A DNA stretch of 63,619 nt, the filler included, from Collodictyon triciliatum (taxonomy: Eukaryota), in assembly GCA_043381765.1 (NCBI GenBank). It is 7 parts of 7 records of this genome, joined end to end, with 100 filler letters (N's around TTAATTAATTAA, not from the genome) between each part and the next. Parts side by side here need not be neighbours in the genome. Positions count along the whole stretch, not along the records: positions 49,539 to 59,342 come from JBHJMP010002889.1; positions 59,443 to 63,619 come from JBHJMP010002942.1; 5 more parts are not named here. One strand, written 5' to 3'. Positions 57,697 to 63,619 of the stretch are shown piece after piece (position 1 is the first letter of the stretch; each line of letters begins with the position of its first letter). The translations under genes and the position numbers were made by a program. The notes under the pieces are model-generated. The model was given only the letters and a program-made list of their open reading frames with translations. It searched no databases and was not told the origin of the DNA.

Positions 57697-59149
57697 ATGT
57701 CGCAGCCCAAGGACGACGAATCTCGGGCACAGCGCAGCATGTCGAAGCCGAGCGCTCTTGGGACTCTCTACACACAAGAAGACGAAGGCGAAGAGGGCGA
57801 CTTTTACGACGATGATTCCAGCGGCTCCGATCAAGACGCCAGCCCGAGTGTGCGAAGGCCGCTTCCCCAACCCACGGCCGAGTTTCAGCCGCTCATCGAG
57901 GCGATCAATCCGGCCCGCTACGGAGCCATTGCCGAGGACGAAGAGGAGGACGAAGGGGAGGAGCCCGAAACTGCTTTGCTGGATGTCCCGAGAGACCAGA
58001 AGCCAAAGCCGGCCTCGTTTGCCTCGTCCAAAGGCGCTCAGACGCCGGGCAAAAATGCCGCAGCTCGCTCGGTAAGTCTGCAGGCTTCGATCGGCAGCGC
58101 GGCAAATGAAGCGGCGGCTTCGTCCTCTGCTGCAAAGGCTGCGTCTGTTGGGCGTGCAGGCGCTTTGCAGGGTGCCCAAGGGAAGACCGTGAATGCCTCT
58201 GCCTCGAAAGGTGATGCGGCCAAGGAAAAGGGCATGGGTGCTGCGCCTGCGGACGAGACGCTCAAGAAGAAGAGGAGGAAGAAAAAGGATTTGATTGGTG
58301 TCAATCTGACCCTGTGTAAATACGACTCGGGTAGGACACTGCGACGGACTATTCATCATCACACATACTATCGGGTCTCTGTATCTATTGAATTTTGTAT
58401 GGTTTTCTTTTCCAATTGATTCGCAGTGGTGGGGGGTTTTTTTTATCTCCCTCGACAATGACACAGTGAGAGAGTGCATTTCATGCTCTAAAACAAAGGT
58501 TGCGCCAATCAGTACGCAGGTGTATCGCCGATATGGGTTGGAGGGAAGTTGGAGATGATGAAGACTGGGTTATATTTTGGACTGATTCCTCTGTCTCGGT
58601 AGAGCGCTGCATGTCCTTGAAAAGATACCAGGTATATTATGTCATTCATAAAATCATGCTTGAAAATGTTTATTATTTAATATTTTGTGTACAGCGCAGT
58701 GCTTGTATTTATGAAGGTCACATGAAAACACAGAAAATCAATCATTTCCCTGGGACGATTGAAATATCAAGGAAGGCTAATATGGCTCGAAATCTAAGGA
58801 GAATGTACAAACACTTTCCAGATGATTATGACATTACTCCAAAAACTTGGGTTTTACCCCAAGAGTAAGAGAACTTATATCATTTACTTTACAATCCCAT
58901 CAGGGGTGTGTCAAAATTATCATTTTACTGCTTTCCCTTTGATTTTTCGTCATTAAAATAAAGACTTTATTTATATAGCCTCGAATCAATTCTTTTATCG
59001 TGAAATTCTTTATGAATACTTCATATCTACACGAATATATGTGCAGGATGACAGAGTTTAAGAAAGTTCTAAAGAGAAATCGAAACCGAACCTTCATTTT
59101 GAAACCCGATGCGGGTGCCCAAGGCCGAGGGATTTATTTGGTTCGCAAG
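57697..59149 (+). CDS. Tubulin polyglutamylase TTLL6/TTLL13-like, 5' part (cut by scaffold end)
   Basis: VNLTLCKYDS|VRRC..GWREVGDDEDWVIFWTDSSVSVERCMSLKRYQ|KINHFPG..RKANMARNLRRM..PKTWVLP|..FILKPDAGAQGRGIYL. Confidence 0.92.
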
Positions 59150-59442
59150 GTTGTTTCTTTTCTGTGAGCCATCATAATATTGCTGGCCTTTTGTTTGTTT
59201 TGTTTGTTTTGTTTGTTTTGTTTATTGTTTTTGTTTGTTTTTGTATGTTTTTGTATGTTTTTGTATGTTTTTGTATGTTTTTGTATGTTTTTGTATGTTT
59301 TTGTATGTTTTTGTATGTTTTTGTATGTTTTTGTATGTTTTTNNNNNNNNNNNNNNNNNNNNNNNNNNNNNNNNNNNNNNNNNNNNTTAATTAATTAANN
59401 NNNNNNNNNNNNNNNNNNNNNNNNNNNNNNNNNNNNNNNNNN

Positions 59443-62400
59443 ACAAAAAAGAAACTAAACAAACTAGACAAAATACAAGGAAACTTGTCGGTCACAGTAC
59501 CGCTCCCAGGTTTTTTTTTTTTTGTTCGTTCTCTTGTTTCTTTGTTTTGCACTTGTTCTGATTTACACTCGCAGTCTAATGGTCACCCAAATTATTTATT
59601 TCTTAAAACAACGCAAAGTTGTCGTATGAAAGAGAATAATAGCGTTTGAAGAAAGCATCTACATATATATTTTTTTGCATTAGAAACTGTAACCGAGCGT
59701 TTGGAAAGGCAGGTTGCATATGAGAAGACGAAAGAGGAAATAACTAAATGGGAAGACCTCGTGAACAGAAACGAAAGGGTGAATATCTACAGTTCCTCTT
59801 TTAGAAGAAAAAAACCTACTTAATCGAGTTGTTTGATCAATGCTTTTTCAAGTTTGAGACCAGCAGAAAAAAAATCCTTATCACTCCAGCACTAAAAGAG
59901 AAGTATTTTAGGCAGATTCTCTTTCATTTCCCTTGAATCCTGTCGTCTTACCGAAAACCACTCCGAGCACACTCGAGAAGACTTTCAAAGTACATGTTTA
60001 ATTCGGAAAGTTCAGTACTAAAGAGTCAAAAGCTTAATCTTGCACGAATTAACTTATTATCCTCTTCTTTTTTTCTTCTCTTTTTTTTCACCCCTAGCCT
60101 GTGAACGACTTTGAAAAGGATTTGCAGGATCTCTTCAACTCATCAAAGAAAATCGAAAAGATTGCCAAGAGCTCATCCGATATTGCTATTAAAAAACCAA
60201 CAAAAGAAGAGGTTTTCCCTCATCTTTAAGAACTGGCTGCGCGGAGTGTTTTTGAGTAATTTTTTCTTTTTATTTTCGTCTAGCTTAAGGAGCAACACGC
60301 CCAATTGGCAAAAGCACGCGATGCCATGTTCCACCAACAAAAGAAGTTGAAGAGAGAAAAGAAGATAAAAAGCAAATCGTACGAAATTAATTGCTTTGTT
60401 AAATATCCCATTTATTAGGTTAATAATAAAATGCTAAGACGCACCACTATGAAATAATCACATTCTATTTTTACTCAAAAATAGTTACCGAAAAGTACAT
60501 AAAGATAAAAAGAAGTCGATGACGGTACAGCTAAATTACATACTGGCATACAGTTTTATATTGCTTTATATATAAACATGGCAGTAATTATGACTAAATA
60601 AATGCGTTGTCAATAGGCTGATGAACTGGAACAATTAGACCCCGAGCTGGCAGAAAAAAAGAGAGAGAAAGATGAAATAAAAAGAATAGAGGTAATTATT
60701 TCAAATAGGATTATTATGATTATGCTCGCTTTATCAAAACAAAAATGGAAGGAAAAACAACAGAGCCACAACGAAACAACTCAATTATGGAGCCTCTCAA
60801 TATTTGATTAGGAAAGAATATCAATGAAGCATTCGGGCACTTCATCATGGGCGAAGAAGGCCCTTAAATCTAACAACCCTGCTGTATGTTTTTATTGTTG
60901 ATCTGCTCGATAAATTCTGACACCAGAAACAAATTATCCTACACCAACCATTCAATGATTTAGGCAAAGGTTGCCCTCTCCCAGCAGTCTAACTTGGCAC
61001 AAAGCCTGAAAAAGAAATCTGCAAAGATGTAACTCCTTCAACTCCTCCTCTTCCTTTTTCTCTTTGTCTTTATCTTTCTCTCAGACCTTACTAGAAAAAG
61101 TACGATTAAAATAGGTGTTGTATTTTTTCTTTTTTCTTCCTCCTACGATTTCATTCAGCAATATCGAGGATGAAGGAGATGAACAGATAGCAGATGTAGC
61201 AAGGAATGTAGGAATTTCTCCTTTTAATGCGTTGGTATTTCGTGATAGAGATATTTTATTTCAAAGAATTTAATTCATGGTAATAGAATATCAAAATTTA
61301 CAATATCCCTTGAAACAAAGGACAATGAAGGGGATGATGTGTCAGGTGCAAACGACGATGAAATTGAGTAAAGCTGTCTTTTCATTCTACTCCACTCGGT
61401 ATTACCAGCGGAACATTGAAAGGGAGTTTTTTTAGCATACTATTTTCTTGATGTATTCATATCATGTTCCATTATTCTGCAAATACAAAGGACAAAAGGA
61501 CTTAATGCAACCCAGAAGCTACTTTTGATTGAAGATGTAAGAATTTATTAGTAATTTCTTAATGTCGCCATTGTTGATATTCCCAGTCGAGTAATTTTTT
61601 TTAAAAAAAAAAATTCAACTATCTTGATAATAAATCTTCTGAGGATTGATATATGCTCATAAATGATGGAAAATTCAGATGCAAAACGACCCTGAATCCA
61701 CTCCTGTGCCGAAGAAAGGTCTTCTTGCTATGTCATTCATGAAGCGCTCTATAGAAAGACAAAAAGTTGAGGCGAAAAGACTGCTGGATGAACTAGATAA
61801 AGAAGGTCAAGAAAATGAAAGTATGTTGATTTTTTATGCCTCCTTTCGTAAATGACTAATCATAAAGACACGTGATGGTTAACGAATTCTAATAACATCT
61901 GATAAATTTACAAATACATTTCCCAGGGGATATGGCAGTCACATTGAAGGTAACGTATATTTAACTACGAATCACTCCGATAAATACTGCAGTTGGATAC
62001 ATGCCTTATTGATTTTTTTAAATTGGCCATTTGCTGTTTTTTGATCATTTTCCGAATAGCTCAGTACAAACGTCTTTTGTTTGAGCACACTGACATTGAC
62101 CAAACTATATATACATGACTATAAATATTGATTCAAAAAACACTATTTAGATTGTATCTCCCACTCCCAACAGAATTGAAAACGTAAGAGCTATTTATAA
62201 ATAGCTATTTATTATTTCAATTTTTTGTAATTATTTGTCTCTTGATTATAACCTTATTATTCTAAAAATAAAAAAATAGGATGATACGCCGCTTGTCTCC
62301 AAAATTAGAACAAGAGATGCTGTTTCTTTGTCAAGTCTGTAGAATTGAACATATTTACTTTTATTACTTTGAACTTTTTTTCTGATTCTTTTGAATTTGT

Positions 62401-63619
62401 GCGAGATGCTAGAGGTTTTGGCTTTATTTGGCTTTATTTCTTTGAACTTATTTGACTCCCCTGTTGATGTTTCCTTCGTATATTACCTTATTCTTGTTTC
62501 TAAACATTGATGGGGAAAAAAAAAGCAACAAAGCAAGCGACCCAAGAGAAAAACAAGGTGTTATTTGAGGTTGAAGAATTCCCTGAAGAGCCGAAAAACA
62601 TAAACAGCATTTCGAAATCTCTCCTTTCAGGTTAGTTGATCAGTTCCTGTAATCCTTAACGAAGAACCTATATCCAATACTGAAGGAAAAAAACTGTCCT
62701 TTACATGTACCCCACACAGAACTCTCGGTGGCCGATGTTGACTCTGATTCTAAAGGTTTGAATCAGCTGTAACTATTTAAAAAAATACATACTATATTCA
62801 TCCGTTTTTTAAAAAAAGAAAAGAAGAATGAGCCCTATGCTCTATATTCAGTAATATATATGTAGCCGAAAGACAAGAGCTCGCCGAAGTAGTACCCCCA
62901 CTCGTGGTTCTAGATAAAAAGAAAACACTGAAGGTATTTTTCTATATTTGCGCAAGATTGGTTTGTATAATGTTATCCTCCGATTAACTTTGTCTTCAGA
63001 AACAGAAAACAAAGGAAACAGTTGAGGCTCTGGTTCCTGAAGGTAGTTTTTTTTTATTTTCGTTTCTTTTGTACGTTCCTTTTTGTGTGCTTGCTTGGTA
63101 CATTTTACATGAACTCGGCTAATTTTTATTTAGTTTCTCTATGATTGACTTTATTGAATCGCTAAAATAGACCAAAACCCGTGGCTCAATCCATCTGGTG
63201 ATTAAAATTAGCGGGGATTTTTGCTTCCCAATACAATTAATACATATGTTGTTTTTCCTTACTAATATGGAATAGTTTTCATCAGATACAAAATATAAAA
63301 TTGGATATTTTTTACCTCTCTTTATATAATTATTGATTTGGCTTGATTATCTTTATGTTGAATGCAGTTGTAAAAGATGCAAAAAAGGCTCACAGCACCA
63401 AGAAAGTAAGTAGCTTCCGTCAAACCCAGACCTACGTGATTTGCAGCTGTCAAATAGAAGACACCTATGTATCCTTTTTTTTTTTTTTTTTACCAGTAAC
63501 GATCGCGTTGTGAATAGAAAAAAGATAACAAATCAAGTGCTGCCAGACTAGACCCGACCAAAGTTATATCAAAGGCTCGCGATGGTATAGCTCTCAAAAA
63601 AAAATCAAATGTTAAACAA
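59443..63619 (+). CDS. UTP14: U3 snoRNA-associated protein Utp14, internal multi-exon fragment
   Basis: ERLERQVAYEKTKEEITKWEDLV, SLSFPLN, LAKARDAMFHQQKKLKREKKIKSKS|YRKVHK, RIE|ERISMKH..SSWAK, KGLLAMSFMKR. The 3' extent is inferred from continuing short exons. Confidence 0.88.

Noticed and set aside
57301-58479. 392-aa minus-strand ORF (also 5463-5978 + and 55564-56097 -)
   Set aside because: Antisense shadows of GC-rich coding exons (TTLL exon 1, cyclin, ORF1 relic) with no recognisable motifs.

Overview
Eukaryotic, AT-rich, intron-rich and microsatellite-rich DNA from a flagellated protist (axonemal dynein, TTLL glutamylase, ferlin, FERM protein); the species cannot be named from sequence alone. 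The window is not one locus: six 100-nt spacers (44 N + TTAATTAATTAA + 44 N) join seven apparently unrelated scaffolds, six of them 9802-9812 nt long, so gene neighbourhood across spacers is meaningless. Hand-built GT-AG gene models: PKA regulatory subunit, PHO80-type cyclin, RNF126-like RING ligase, PP2C, an unknown multipass membrane gene broken by a 29-bp duplication, an SQ-rich hypothetical gene, a FERM C-terminus, CK2 beta, a DNAH6-like dynein fragment, a DUF4062-NACHT-TPR pseudogene, a disrupted DGAT2-DUF2306-like fusion, an HMG-box protein, ferlin, an LRR/Cys-rich/multipass receptor, a LINE ORF1-like relic, TTLL6/13 and Utp14. Most notable: (1) the LRR receptor has seven consecutive 69-bp phase-1/phase-1 exons, each encoding one LRR with a variable binding face, a candidate exon-cassette receptor-diversification system; (2) a hidden in-frame DGAT2 + DUF2306-like fusion; (3) a poly(A)-tailed retro-insert with a 16-bp TSD in the loop of a 20-bp-arm palindrome. 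All family assignments come from motif recognition by eye, not database searches.
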